This document shows, in pieces, positions 1 to 12,691 of a stretch of DNA of 64,000 nucleotides. Origin of the DNA: Podarcis muralis (Eukaryota); assembly GCF_964188315.1 (NCBI RefSeq), contig NC_135666.1, positions 31,620,001-31,684,000 of the forward strand, read 5' to 3'. A program made the translations under genes and the position numbers. The first letter of the stretch is position 1. Each line of letters opens with the position of its first letter. Below the pieces are notes generated by a model. The model was not told where the DNA came from, ran no database searches, and saw only the letters and a list, made by a program, of their open reading frames with translations.

Positions 1-1088
1 GCTACACCATGCACAGTTCTATTGCTACAAATACACATTTATAATTGTAGCCCACAAACAGAAATATTATGCAGGCCCTAATAAAGTGGTGGCAGCAAGA
101 GAAGCTTTCTCGGAGAGCAGAGCAGCAAAAACAGGCTTAGTGTTTCCATTTCTAATGCAAAGGATATATAAAACACCTAAGCTACCCAAGCTTGTGCAAC
201 TCAAACACTACTGAACATTGCTCATCGTCTCATTCATGGACTTCAGGATTAGATCATTAAAGGAGGAAGATGTGGGTGCACATGGGAGAAAGGCAAAGAT
301 TAAGATTTTCAAAGCCCAAAGGTGGATCCAATGGGCAAGAGGCCAACTTTGCAAACTACACATTGCTAAGGCTATGACTTCGTAAACTACAAGAGCCTGT
401 TTTCTTAATGAAAATTCGGTTTTCTCAGAGAGTGGTAATGATGAAAAGAGTAGGATGATTAAGTTTCAAGCAAGATGCATTTTCAGCATACATTCATTTC
501 AGACAAGAATTCTAGGGTGTGTAGAAATGGGATACATGCAAGGTGATTTGCCCACAGTGTATATAGATTCTGTGCAGAAGACCCAAAGATTGCATGGAGG
601 CCCCTAAAGGCTCTGCTGCTGTGATCCTGCTCCTCTGATTCCCAGGTGCTCAGCCTTGAGCCTGGTCACATGAAAACGGCTAGGATCATTGAGGAGAACA
701 GCAGAAGGCCTGTAAGCCCAGAATGATAACTTTTTTCAGGCTCAATCATACTGCTAAAACAGCTGTTTTGTGCATCAAACAAGAGGTAGGGCCCAGCTGA
801 TGCACTCAATAGAGAGACCTTTGATAAAAGTAGACTCCTCCATAAATGGAAGGGGAGGGGAGGGGATTGTGGCAATTCGCCCTTCCTTCTGCAGTCCTCA
901 ATGTCACATTCCACCCTGTTCTGGAGGGTCCTCTAACTCTTTGGAACAGATTTTCAGGCATGCTTGGGAGCAGGTGGGAGGTGGCAAAAACTGACAAGAG
1001 TTCCGTGTGAAGAAGGATTGAAGAGGGAAGTGCCAGTGATTGAAGCATGTACATATGATTCACAGGTCGTATCTTCTGAACAGAAAAC

Positions 1089-1112
1089 CTCTCTCTCTCT
1101 CTCTCTCTCTCT
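1089..1112. repeat. (CT)12 microsatellite
   Basis: read directly. Confidence 0.95.
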
Positions 1113-3153
1113 CCTTTTACAATTCAAAGAGAATTCTGCAGATGTTGAATTGTCCTGGGTCACTTTGGGGTACTGGTTGACGTGCAAAATAAATAAATCA
1201 GAATTCCAGTTTCAATGTTTTAGCAAGTATTCGGGAACTCTTAGAAATCCCCAGCTCCATGGCGAGCCCGGCACCCTCCAGGCTCACATAATCTGCCTGC
1301 TCTTCTATTTGACCTACATACAGTACTGATTATTACAGCTTTCATTTTGCAGGAGTAATTCTGGCCTACTGTGCTAATAATTTTGCTGATGGGACCTAAT
1401 TAACAACCAGACAATCTACCCTACCCCTTCCACTTGACAGTGTTAACAAACCCATAATGAAATTTCAATCAAACTACAATGTGTGCAACAGAACATAATC
1501 ATTCAGGGGTTTTTTGCTTTAGCTTTCACAATGTAGAATTATAACCTGACGCTGAAACACAGTAAAGTTTTTGTGTGTTTGGAATGAGATGCAAATTTGC
1601 GTCAAAGAGATGCCTATTAAAATCTGCACAAAATAAAAGTGACCTTCATGCTTCTAATCTAATCCCATGATTTCTACTCAGAAATAAGTCCCACAGAGCA
1701 CAGTGGAACTTACTCTTAGGTAAGAGGGTATAGCATTGTAGCCTTAACCTGATTTTTATGGGACTAATTAAATCAAGTTTGGATCGGAGAGGCAGGGCAC
1801 CAATGAAAAGAAGCATGTTTCTGCATACTAGTAAATAGTCATATATTCATGTATATTTCATTTGAAATGTATATCAACATTTCAGTGTTGTTTTGAAGTT
1901 AACGGTAGCACAGAGCAGAGATGAAGAACCTTTGGCACTCCAAAGGTTGGACTGCAACTCCAATCAGCCCAAGTCAGCATGGCCAATTATCTGGGAATTA
2001 TTTCCAGGTCAAAGTTTTTAAGGTTGAAGCCTTCTCCTTATGCGCTTAAAGTTAGATGTATGGACACACATGATGCAGATGCACTTTTAAACATGCAGAC
2101 AATGGGAGGTGTGGACCTGCTTCCACCATCAGCATGTTGACTGCCCATGCATTCATCACCTGAAGACAGCTAGAGTTCATCATCAGTCTTACCTATTACA
2201 GATACATAGAGCTTCATTACTTAAGGCCAATCCAGTCCCCAGCTATACGCTTCCTTTCCACTTCCATCTACGCTAGTTTGCAAGTGGAAGTCTCTTGCTT
2301 CCAACCCTGTCTACCATCACCAGCCCCCTCCCAACCGAGGCCCCCTCCCAGTTCCCAAGTTAAAGCATCATTGTGCCCACCAGTGCCCACCAATATCCCC
2401 TCCAATATCCCCTCAAAAATACACAACACAGGAGAGGCTGTTTGCTCATCCTATTCAGTTCCTGTTTTCACCAGCTTGGCCTCTCCTATACTGAACATGC
2501 CCTCTTTAACACGCCCACATTTCATTGCATTCCAAGACTAGATGACCATCTCCCCTTCCATTCTGAATGAGAAGTGCAAAGAACTTCTCTCAGTGAGTGC
2601 TCAAGTAAAGCAGTGGCCAATGTAGATGCTTGGGATCCCTAAAGTAAGGTTTTGAGTATTTTTTTGCTTATTTTGACAAGAGTCAACAAAACAGAGAAGG
2701 TAAATCATTGATTTCAACGTAGGATGGTCAGAAAGGTGTCACTGAGAGCTCAAGTTATCTCTGAGGCCCAGTAAGAAGTGACAGAAGATTCTCTTTCAGA
2801 CATACATGATGAAAAATGTTTTTTGTATGATTGAATGCATTCTCTACCAAAACCACAATACCAGAGAACTTTTAATCAGAAAATCATTCTACTGTACTTT
2901 AAGCACCCTAGCCCATTATTTATAGATCACTAATGCATATTGAATGCCAAAAAGTCCCATTTGTCTGCAATGAAACTGAAAACACAATGAAAGTGTTTTA
3001 AAACTTAAGACTTTATTATCTAGCACTTATCTAGCCATGCATGATAAAAACACATAAAAACCAACTTGATAAATCACTAACCACTTAGATGAATTAAGTA
3101 CCTCCCAAAAAAATCTGTATATGACTATTCTTCCTGCATATAACCATTTAAAG

Positions 3154-3289
3154 CAGTGGTGGCCAAACCTGGCCCTCCAGCTGTTTTGGGACTACAATTC
3201 CCATCATCCCTGACCACTAGTCCTGTTAGCTAGGGATGATGGGATTTGTAGTCCCAAAACAGCTAGAGGGCCAAGTTTGGCCATCACCG
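3154..3289. mobile_element. hAT-type palindromic MITE
   Basis: Whole element is a hairpin; exact 8-bp TSD atttaaag. Confidence 0.88.
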
Positions 3290-4717
3290 ATTTAAAGAAG
3301 GTGTAGAAAAGCATTGGGCCTCCAGATGTTGCTGAACTGTAACTCCCATCATTCCTTGTAACTGGCCGTGCTTGCTAGGGCTGATGGGAGTTGAAGTTCA
3401 GCAACACTGGGGGCCAAAAATCGGCCACTCCTGATGTAGACTCCTAGTCTACAATTGAGGGTTCACATGAATGCTCCTTCATATTAAAAATCATTCCACA
3501 TAGAAGATTAGATATTAGGGAGAAGGTTTCTAATCTAGCATCTTTTGTTCTAATTTCTAGTTTTCCATGTGAAAGGGTTTTGTTTGTTTATACGGAGTAT
3601 TTGCTACAGTCTTGAGAGTGGTCAAGAGAGTCCTGTTGAATTAGACCTCATCTAGTCTAGCATTCAATTTCCATAGTGGCCAGCCAGATTTCTATAGAAA
3701 GCACACAAGTATAACTAGAGCACTAAAGTATTCACCCACTAGTGAACCCCACCAACTGGTGTACAGAGACATATTGCCTCTGCTTGGTACCAGAAGATGT
3801 TGCTGGGGAACTTATGGTCAGGTGTATCTCATCATCTGTTCTCTGTGAGATACACATCTTGGTCTTTGATGATAGGCCAGTGTAGGATATTGTGAAACCG
3901 GTACATCTTATATAGCTAATGTATACAGTTTTTCCTAGAGAATGCTATATTTAATTTTGCATAGGAATGGCAAAAACATTCTATAAAGCACACAATCCTG
4001 TGTTTGTGTAGGATTTTGTGGTGTTAAGTTTATTTGTGGTCCATGTTTAGCATGGAACCCAACCCGTTTATATTTATTTAATCTGAAAACTGGAAAAAGA
4101 AATGAGCAGAGGAAATTAATTCAAGAAAAATAAAACTTCTATTAGGAGTTCTTAGTGCTTTATGAACATTTTCTCCATTCTTATATACCAAACTGCCAAT
4201 AAAACACCGTTTCAATCGCAGCTTCATTGTCCCACTTTTATTTTTGAAAATGCACTAGGTTTGTTTTTTAAAAAATAATAATCCACAAAGTCATGCTCTT
4301 CGACCTTTCTTTATTACTGGTGTCCACTGAACCTTTTCAAGATGAATGGTAGATATCTTTACCTTGGACAGTTCATTTAGCAATCACAATATTTCCTATA
4401 AGTTAGATAAATTGAGTGGTCACTTAACACTGAGAGAGGCCAACATCAATTGTCGCAAAGGTCATCCAGCCCAGTTACCATGTACTGTATTAAATTGTCA
4501 TCAAATCTGAACAGCAATTTCATCAATAATCCATCCAACTAGAATGACTGCAAATTTCAAAAACTAACTATACTACAGATGCACAGAAGCAGTAATGGGA
4601 TTCATGCAACTCTGAGGCATGTCATAGGATACTGTAATTCTTTCGGTGGGGGGAACAAACTTCTGATGTTCTTGGCATTTTCCAATCGTATGTCTCAGAA
4701 TAAGGCAGTGCCTAGAT

Positions 4718-4854
4718 CATAGACAGGCAATGTGGTGCCCTCCAGATGTTGTCGAACTACAACTCCCATCATGCCTGACCACTGGATGTACTAGCAGAGG
4801 CTAATGGGAGCGAGAGTCCAAAAATAACTGGAGGGCAGCACATTAGCTACTCTG
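4718..4854. mobile_element. hAT-type palindromic MITE, diverged
   Basis: ctacaactcccatc hairpin family; TSD gcctagat/gtctagat. Further degraded copies near 1930, 3310, 5340, 21320, 24950, 27720, 30970, 42620, 49300. Confidence 0.7.
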
Positions 4855-4924
4855 GTCTAGATCAGCCACCTGTACCCTTAAGATAATCTATGGAGACCAT
4901 TCTCAGAAGATTGGTCTTTTTTAG

Positions 4925-5235
4925 CAGTGCTCCCCACAAGCTATAGAATGCTTCCCCTAGGAAAGTCCACCGGGCATCCATATAATTGTCTTTTGGCACC
5001 AGGTTAAGAATTTGTTTTTTGTTCTCACAGGCCTTTTAAGATCTGGTTTTAAGTCTCCATTAGCCAGTTGGTGGATTATTTGATTAGTGTTTTAGTTCTG
5101 TATTAGTTCAGGCACATTTTATGGTTTTGTTTTTTATGCTGGTTATCTCTTGCACTTATGGTGGCTTTTATTGCAATACAGTTTGGGGGTTATTTTTTTA
5201 TTCTTATTTCTCCTCCCTACAATGCCTAGATAATG
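4925..5235 (+). mobile_element. Degraded L2-like LINE 3' end
   Basis: Remnant AP.L.N.LP.....HQVK..LF.QAF coding end followed by T-rich 3' UTR. Confidence 0.5.
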
Positions 5236-6048
5236 TATTTTATGAGGTGCCTCATAAATCTATCTATCTATCTATCTATCTATGGCCTAGGTGATCATAC
5301 AATATGCACCAGCATATTATGCAAGGTCAAAGGCAGGGGCAGCCAACACAGTGCTCTCCAGATGTTGCTGGACTCCCAGCTCCCATCAGGCCCAGCCAGC
5401 ATGGTTTATGGTTAGGTACGCTGGGAGTTGTACTCCAACAGCATTACCTCTAGTGTTCGAGCTAGATGTTTTGCCTTCAATCATATTTTTCTTAGTTGTT
5501 AAGACCTCTTCTTTAGATTTAATACCACTATCCTTCTGCTATTTGGCTAGAAGGTTACAAGTCCCAACCCTGACGTTCAGTAGAAAATGTCTCCCAAACT
5601 GACAGCTGTATGGGCTTGGATCCAAACAACTGTGAACAGAAGGAGAAAGTATATTAGTGCTGATCTATGAACAGCAAGCACTAGCCCAAGACTTCTTACA
5701 GTGCAGCATTACAATACCCTGGGGGTTGGCTTAACAGCAGAGGAAGTTGCAGAGGGCCAGGAAAAGGTTGTGAAAGTAACTTGTACAAGTGCTTGCACGA
5801 AAAGAAAAACTCAGGATCTAGGATTACTTTTCCCACACCATGCTCCTCCACTGTTGGAAACAGACCTTCCATCAGCAGCAGATGTACCGGTACTTTCATT
5901 AGTGGGACAGCATCTTTAGATTTAAGCTATATAATAACAGTGCCGTTTCTAGTTGATTTTAGTGATATGTGTTTCTTGCTTGGAGTGTACATGTACTGTT
6001 TTTAGCCACTCTGAATCTTTGGTAATCAAGTGGGCAATAAATCTAGAA

Positions 6049-6233
6049 CAGTGGTTTCCAATTGGTGGTCTGTGGACCTCAAGAGGGTCTGCATAACCCA
6101 TTCAGGGGGTCCACAGCATCATTCACATAACAAAAACTACCGCAGAGAGATCAACATTTTCAAAAGTAAGGGGTCCATGGTTTGGCTTCTGAAAAACAGG
6201 GAGTTCGCAGTATTAGCTAATTAGGAACCACTG
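6049..6233. mobile_element. hAT-Charlie-type MITE
   Basis: cagtggtttcc ... ggaaccactg; exact 8-bp TSD atctagaa (NTCTAGAN Charlie preference). Confidence 0.88.
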
Positions 6234-8812
6234 ATCTAGAAAATAAATGAATAGGTAAATTATACCTCTCATCGGGAGTCAACCTCAGTGAGAAATAGTG
6301 AAAGAACTCTGAAGAATGGGGCTCTATTGTTTCTTAGGTTTACTAGGATGGCTGAGCTGGAGATGGTTCTCTTCCTGTCCTGAACACAAAGGACATGGAT
6401 TCTGGTTTCATGACTGAGAGTACCTGCAAATGTTCTTGTTTATGCATGGTTTATTGATTGAGAACACTTGCTGCAATATGTATACGGTCACAAAGTCAAA
6501 GCCTTTCAGTCCGCATTTGCACATTAGCCATGTTAGATTATTTGTACATACATTTCAGAACCACTGGCAGTCCTTTGATGGTTTAACAACTATCAGGTGA
6601 CATGCTTTTGGCTTCCTGTGCACGTGCATCAGATGATACTAACCCCTAAGCCCCTTCCTTTCAGTTCCATCTGTGTTAGACTATCTGGAGCAGCCTTCGA
6701 CCAATAAAATAAAATGAGTATTGTCAATATTATTCCTGTTACAGATGGAACAAACATATTCAGAGATTATGTAGTCCATTCGTTGGTTTATGGCCCAGAG
6801 TGTTTTATAGTCTTATACACATAAATGTCAACCATGAGCTATGTTTGCGTCTGAAGCTTTCTGCTTTAAATGAAACATATGCAAAACTTTACAAAGCCAG
6901 ACAAGTCCCCGTTGGCTGCATGTGGAAAGGGCAGGAGGGCATCATTTTCCTCAAGACTGATATTCTGCTGCAATAGCATCACAATCTATTTGCCTTGGCA
7001 AGTAACATTTTTTTACATTTCGGCATTGCACCTCTGCTAGGAAACTGGCAAACTAACGTGCAAATACATCAGTGAGAATGCAAAGGCCTTTTTTCACAAC
7101 ATAACCACAGATTTCAGGTTGAAAAGTGTTGCCAATCTGAAATAACAGGAGGCTGTCAAAAAATGAATTTAAACCTTAGTAGGGGAATGGTTAGCACAAC
7201 CTTGGGTGGAAATATAGCTACCATGTCATGAAACCATTTTTTGTTTCCTTTAACATAATGGCTTGGTTTTCAAGCATAAAAATTGACTGCTTTGTCAAAC
7301 CACAAGCCTGAAACAACCACAGATGTTAATCTTTGTAGCCAGATGTCAGCTGCTGTTTTTTCTTCTGCATTTGTGGAATCTTATCACATCAGCACTGACC
7401 CAGCTACTTTTAGATACACCCATTTTTACTTGTTCGTGCTTATGTTTAAATATCATTAGCCCAATCCAGGTGCTGCTCTTCATTCACAGAATATTCCTGC
7501 TCAAGCAAAGATGTGCCTGTCTACTTCAGTGTCATAGGTATACTTGCACTCATGAGTCCTAGCACGAAACTCTGGGAAACCTGCTTTTAAGGAGGAGCTC
7601 CATATGCATGTTAGAACAAAACCAAACCTTGGATTAGAGCATCTTTCTGTTACAGAAGTGGCTAGGGGAAAAAACCAACCCACAGTTGTTCACCTCATTC
7701 CGTTCTCTGGAGAGAGGGAGAAACACTTCAGATAAAGTTTTCCATGAGCTGATTATTTGTTGGTATGGACATTTAGATATAGGGTGCCTCCAAACATCAT
7801 GTGCTCCAGTCTTCTAATGCATAGCTCACTCTCTAAAGTTTAGAGGATTAGGGATAAACCATATTCACCAGCACCATTTCCCCCCATTTACCCTTCCTGA
7901 TATCCTAACCAGGAAAGTGTGATTTAAGCAATCCAGACTAGTATTGCAAACCAGGAGGAAACTATGATTTGGAGGGATAACTGCAACAGTTTGGTAGGTA
8001 CAAACATCATGGTAAGCTTAAATCAAACCAAGAAGTGTTCTATTAAGCAGAGTATGTTAGAGAACGAAAGATGCAAAACCATGGGTGGGGGTGGGAGAAT
8101 CAATTTCAAGCACAATTCTAGCTCCTGCTCCAACCCAAAAGCCTCTCTCCTCATTTCAGAGGAAGGACACAATTCATATATGCATCCTTTTTTCTCATTT
8201 AAGAATCAGGCTGAAGAGATCAATATGCAAATGTGAATGTGCATGAACCTCCATTCTGAAATGAGAATATGCATGTAGCGTTTTAATTTCACCCTTGTGA
8301 TTGGTGTACTTAGTACCAGAAAATACATTTGTCCTCTCATTTATCAGTGACTGTAGACTGGTTTTACATAAAACTAGGAGAGTGAGTGCACATGGGGTGG
8401 GGCGCAAATTGGTTCTCCGTGGAGCTTTCTTTTCCAAAAGGCTGTTTTAAAGGAACAGAAGGATGAAGCCCAAGGGGTAAGTTTCAGTTTCTTCCTCCAG
8501 GCCGTTTGACATATTGTTAAGAGAAACTGAAACAGACCTCCCAAATGAAATGTGACCCATGGGAATGAACCTGCGCAGGAGCAATCACGCTCAATAATTG
8601 CACATATTGTGTTTCTGTGATTGAAATGCCCAAAAGAAAGAAAAAAGTTGGTTGTTCTTTTAGTGCCCTGGAACGGGTGAGGAGGGAAACTGTTCTTACT
8701 TTGGCAACTAAACACATCTGTCACTTCTTAATATATCAGAGCTGGAATGTTGCCCACAGTTTACTAGTAGAACATTTTATTTCATGTTTGAATGTGGGAA
8801 GAACTGATATCT

Positions 8813-8814
<2 letters not shown>

Positions 8815-8860
<46 letters not shown>
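8815..8860. repeat. (GT)23 microsatellite
   Basis: read directly. Confidence 0.97.
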
Positions 8861-8862
<2 letters not shown>

Positions 8863-9039
8863 AGAGCAGTCCACTTTCATAGAAAATAAATGTTATAAAT
8901 TTTACCACCTTTCTTAAAAATGAGCCAAAAGATGAAGGCAAGCATATCAAGCTTGATTTTCCAGTTAGACCAAATTATTTTAGGTTTGACAGTGTTGTGA
9001 AAGCTATCACCTTCTTTTTCCTTAACCACTGACTTGCAA

Positions 9040-9900
9040 ACGTTTTAATTTGATTCTTTAAAAAACCCCAAAAACACTCATCCACACTCTTTCCTTCATA
9101 TTTTAAATTTAACATTTTGCACCTCTCAATTAGTGCCTCCTTTTTCAAAGCCGAAGTTTCAGCCCTTGGTTTCAATTTGCACACTTACTCTTTTTAGTAC
9201 ACACTGTCACACCCTTTTCATTCTAAACACTTTTGTTTATGCTACATAGTCTTGTATTACACACTGCTGTTTGTACCCCATTACTGCTAACCACTTCTTG
9301 GGTCGCTGCCCCCCAGGCCCCGCTTTACTCTGAGATGCTCTGGCACTCTCCAAACTTCCCTGTACCCCATTTCCACTTTAGTAAAGATGTACAGCTATGA
9401 GCTGGGACTTCTATGCAACACCCCCTTTGTTCCTGCTGCCACCACAGATCACTTTGACCTGAACACTTCACTCCTCATGTAGCCAAGAGTGAAACACACT
9501 TTGTAATACAATTTGTGTATTACAAATAAAGGGTTTCAAGATTGATTTGTGTACATAAGCATCATGGTTTCTAACGTTCCTGTCTCAAATTTGTTACTTC
9601 ATTTCAACAATAACAATGGCCATAATACTGTTGTTCCTATAGAAATCCAACCAACCCTGTTTCACATCCACCCGCTCACTAGACAAACCAACCAACTACA
9701 ACTATCCATTCTGATTTCCCAACATTTAACTGGCTCTCAACGGTCTCCTCACTCACATTCAAACTGCCTCCCAAATTCCCATCCAATAATCACCCACCAC
9801 CAGTATCCCAAACTTGCCCTCTCAGCCTCCCTTTGCCACATCGCCTTAAATCTTCTATTACACTCCTCATTTTATGCCATATTACCTAAATCATGTTCAT
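9040..9900 (-). mobile_element. Probable degraded Gypsy-type LTR retrotransposon 5' region (leader and gag N-terminus)
   Basis: tggtggcagc (9444-9435) equals the start of a tRNA-Leu PBS; downstream LKKEALIERCKMLNLKYEGKSVDE resembles recalled reptile Gypsy gag N-termini; LTR ends not resolved. Confidence 0.4.
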
Positions 9901-9976
9901 GCAATATTATATACAAACACCAGAGCATCACAGCTCCACGCCTGGTCTCCTTACAGAGGTGCGTCACTGTTTTCCA

Positions 9977-10108
9977 CATAGAACTGTAGTTGGAAGGGAC
10001 TGTGAGGGTCTTTTAAGTCCACCCTCCTGCAATGCAGAAATCATTTGCTCAACGTGGGGCTCGAACCCACGAACCTGAGATAAAGTGACTCGTGCTCTAC
10101 TGACTGTG
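9977..10108 (-). mobile_element. tRNA-Lys(CUU)-headed SINE with CR1-type 3' tail
   Basis: Minus strand cagtcagtagagcacgagtcactttatctcaggttcgtgggttcgagccccacgttgagc aligns to tRNA-Lys-CTT, followed by ...gtcccttccaactacagttctatg (CR1 3' end). Confidence 0.8.
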
Positions 10109-10114
10109 AAAACA

Positions 10115-10335
10115 CACCTCTTCTACCAGGCTTTTTGTTGAAGGTTTCAGTCACTGAAACAATGTATGAATAAGTTGATATTGCTGCTTATTGTGAATTG
10201 TTTAGTATGTTTCATTGTGTTTAGAAAACTGTTGTATTTTATGGATATTTATGTATGTATGCTATGTTGTTTGTTACATTAGGAAGTTGTAAACTGTCCT
10301 GTGGAGTTTTGGTGAAGGGCAGTATATGAATTTCT
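10115..10335 (+). mobile_element. Degraded L2-like 3' UTR fragment
   Basis: acacacctcttctaccagggcttt start and tgtaaactgtcctg...gggcagtata end typical of L2 tails. Confidence 0.45.
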
Positions 10336-10368
10336 TAAAGGAATGCATGGTTCTAGTTTTCCTCTATA

Positions 10369-10723
10369 CAGTGGTGCCTCGCAAGACGAAATTAATTCGT
10401 TCCGCAAGTTTTTTCGTCTTGCGATTTTTTTCGTCTTGCGAAGTACGGTGTCGGAAAAGTTTTGGAAAAGCTTCAAAAATCACCAAAGTCTTCAAAAACC
10501 TCAAAAAAGGCTACCACACCACGTGCTATGAGTTGCTCCTCGAAGTCAAGTCGCAACTGTATTAACGGTTTTAAGAAAAAGGAAACAAACTTGCAAGACG
10601 TTTCCGTCTTGCGAAGCAAGCCCATAGGGAAAATCGTCTTGCGAAGCAACTCAAAAAACCAAAAACCCTTTCGTCTTGCGAGTTTTTTGTCTTGCGAGGC
10701 ATTTGTCTTGCGAGGTACCACTG
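10369..10723. mobile_element. Tc1/mariner-type MITE
   Basis: TIR cagtggtgcctcgcaagac / gtcttgcgaggtaccactg (18/19), TA TSD both sides, 7 internal GTCTTGCGA copies. Confidence 0.9.
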
Positions 10724-12487
10724 TACTCACCAAGAAACTTTCAAAGAGCAGCTGTTGGAACAGCCACAGCAGCAACCTCCAAGACCTGAGAAGTAGACAT
10801 CTCCCCAAGATTTCATAAGTCACTACTGCCTTTAAAAATAATCTGACCATTAATTTTCATTTATTGCCTGCTGCCCTGGATGCTTGTTGTTAAGCAGGAA
10901 GACAGGATATAAATATTTCTGACTAAAATACTGCCTGCCCCTATACAGACCTATCAAATCACTTAGATCATCTGGGACAACATCCTACAGAATTATCATA
11001 GGCTGGCAACCTGAAATCGGGCCTTTTCTGCCATTGCCCCTGTTATGTGGAATGTTCTTCCCCATGCCACACATTTTAGACTACTTAGAAATTTCGAAAC
11101 ATTAAGCAGTTCATGAATGTTTTTAAATAATAATAATAAAAACCAATCCAATAAAGTGAAACAAATGGATGGGAAAGAGGGAGATCTTCTCAGGTCTGTA
11201 GCACTACAACAGACAGATAGTTACTTGGATGGCACAATGGGTTATATATCTAACTAAATCGATTCCACTATGCCAATTCAAATAAACCTAACTCTGCATT
11301 ATTTTGGACATGCCCTGTGTAACTATTGCGGGTGGTTGCCATTCTAGTTTCATTGTCTGTTTCCAGATAAGCGAGCCTGACCATAGTCTGAGATCTAGTA
11401 GGTTCAGTAAGTTATATAAGATGCCTCCCCTTCTGCTAGTGTTTATTCCCTGGCTGTTCTTCTGCACTATATCGCTAAGCATCCATATGCATAGCAGCTT
11501 TGATGGGCAGCAAAGGATGAGGATGGAACAATAAACACCATTTTGTCAGTAGGAGTGGATCCATCTGTTCTGCTGCAGTTTGGTACCTAAAGATGAAAAG
11601 AGACCAGAAACAAAACCAAACAAAAACCCGAAGCATTTCTTTTTCTTTTTCTGACAGTCTGTCCATCTGCTAAGTAACTGATAATCTGCCAGGTTGCTAC
11701 ATATAATGAGTGTACCCACGAGAGAAATGGACAGCAGAGATCTTTCTGTTATTAAAACTCTACAAAACAAATTATTTACCGACATTATAGCTTGAATCGA
11801 CCAGTTCCAAAACACACTTTATCACGTCACTGTCATACAATGGGACATATCATCACTTCTCCAGCCTGCAAAATGTATAATTTCATTTAGACTGTGGAAG
11901 AAAATGAAGAAACAGCTGCAAGGTTTTAAAACCAGAATGTTCTCATTAAACTAACCACTGGCCCTTATATCATAAATGACTTATACATGCATTGGCTCTG
12001 CTTTGACTCATTTGTCTGGAAGGAAATTTCTAAGCAATTAGCTAAGTGGTGTTGTATTAGCTATCTGTGTAGCTTTCCAGGTTTCAAAATGCAAGCAGTA
12101 TATATAATATTGAAAGGTCAAGCATTTGTCTATAAATTGATATGGCTCTCCATCTCCGTAGTCAGTGAAAATAGCTGTGAAGTTCCTTTCATGCACAAAA
12201 TGCCAATCAAGAGTGCAAAATTGATACTTCAATATTATCAGCTAAAAGCCAACAATTGGCAAGAAAGAAGCATAAGCAAAATGGGTGGAAATGAATCATT
12301 TCCTCAGTCTTTTAAATTAGAATGAGTAGTGCTTTTGCTGCTGAGAGCAATAGCATATCAGCACTCAACGCACAGCTGGATCCTATGCATAGTATTCAAC
12401 AGGACTTACTTCTGGGTAGTCGTGCATTGACTCCAACTGAATTCAGCAGGACTTACTGACAGCCAGATTTGACATTTTAATGTCTAA

Positions 12488-12691
12488 GATCCAGTGTGGT
12501 TTGGTGGTTAGCGTGTGGGACTAGGACCTGGGAGACCAGGTTACAAATCCCTACTTGGCCATGAAGCTTGAGCCATTCTCCAACTCTCAACTTAAACTAC
12601 CATACAAGGTTGTTACAAGGCTAGCAGGGAGAAGAGACAGCCATGGGCTCCTTGGAAGAAAAGTGGGATACAAATGTAATAACAAATAAAT
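12488..12691 (+). mobile_element. MIR/CORE-type SINE, diverged
   Basis: gtgtggtttggtggttagcgtgtgggactaggacctgggagaccagg head, aataacaaataaa tail. Confidence 0.65.

Noticed and set aside
1140-1315. Minus-strand segment with a gccATGG Kozak context
   Set aside because: ORF only 20 codons, poor acceptor, no recognisable product
5696-5930. Protein-like 72-aa ORF (LTAEEVAEGQEKVVKV...)
   Set aside because: No recognisable homology, splice sites, poly-A or TSD
10040-10108. Functional tRNA-Lys gene (likewise tRNA-Asn at ~36990-37060)
   Set aside because: 5' acceptor stem missing or degraded, anticodon arm mutated, fused to a CR1 tail: these are SINE heads
10279-10850. Cluster of overlapping ORFs on both strands
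   Set aside because: Produced by the repetitive interior of a TcMar MITE; no transposase motifs
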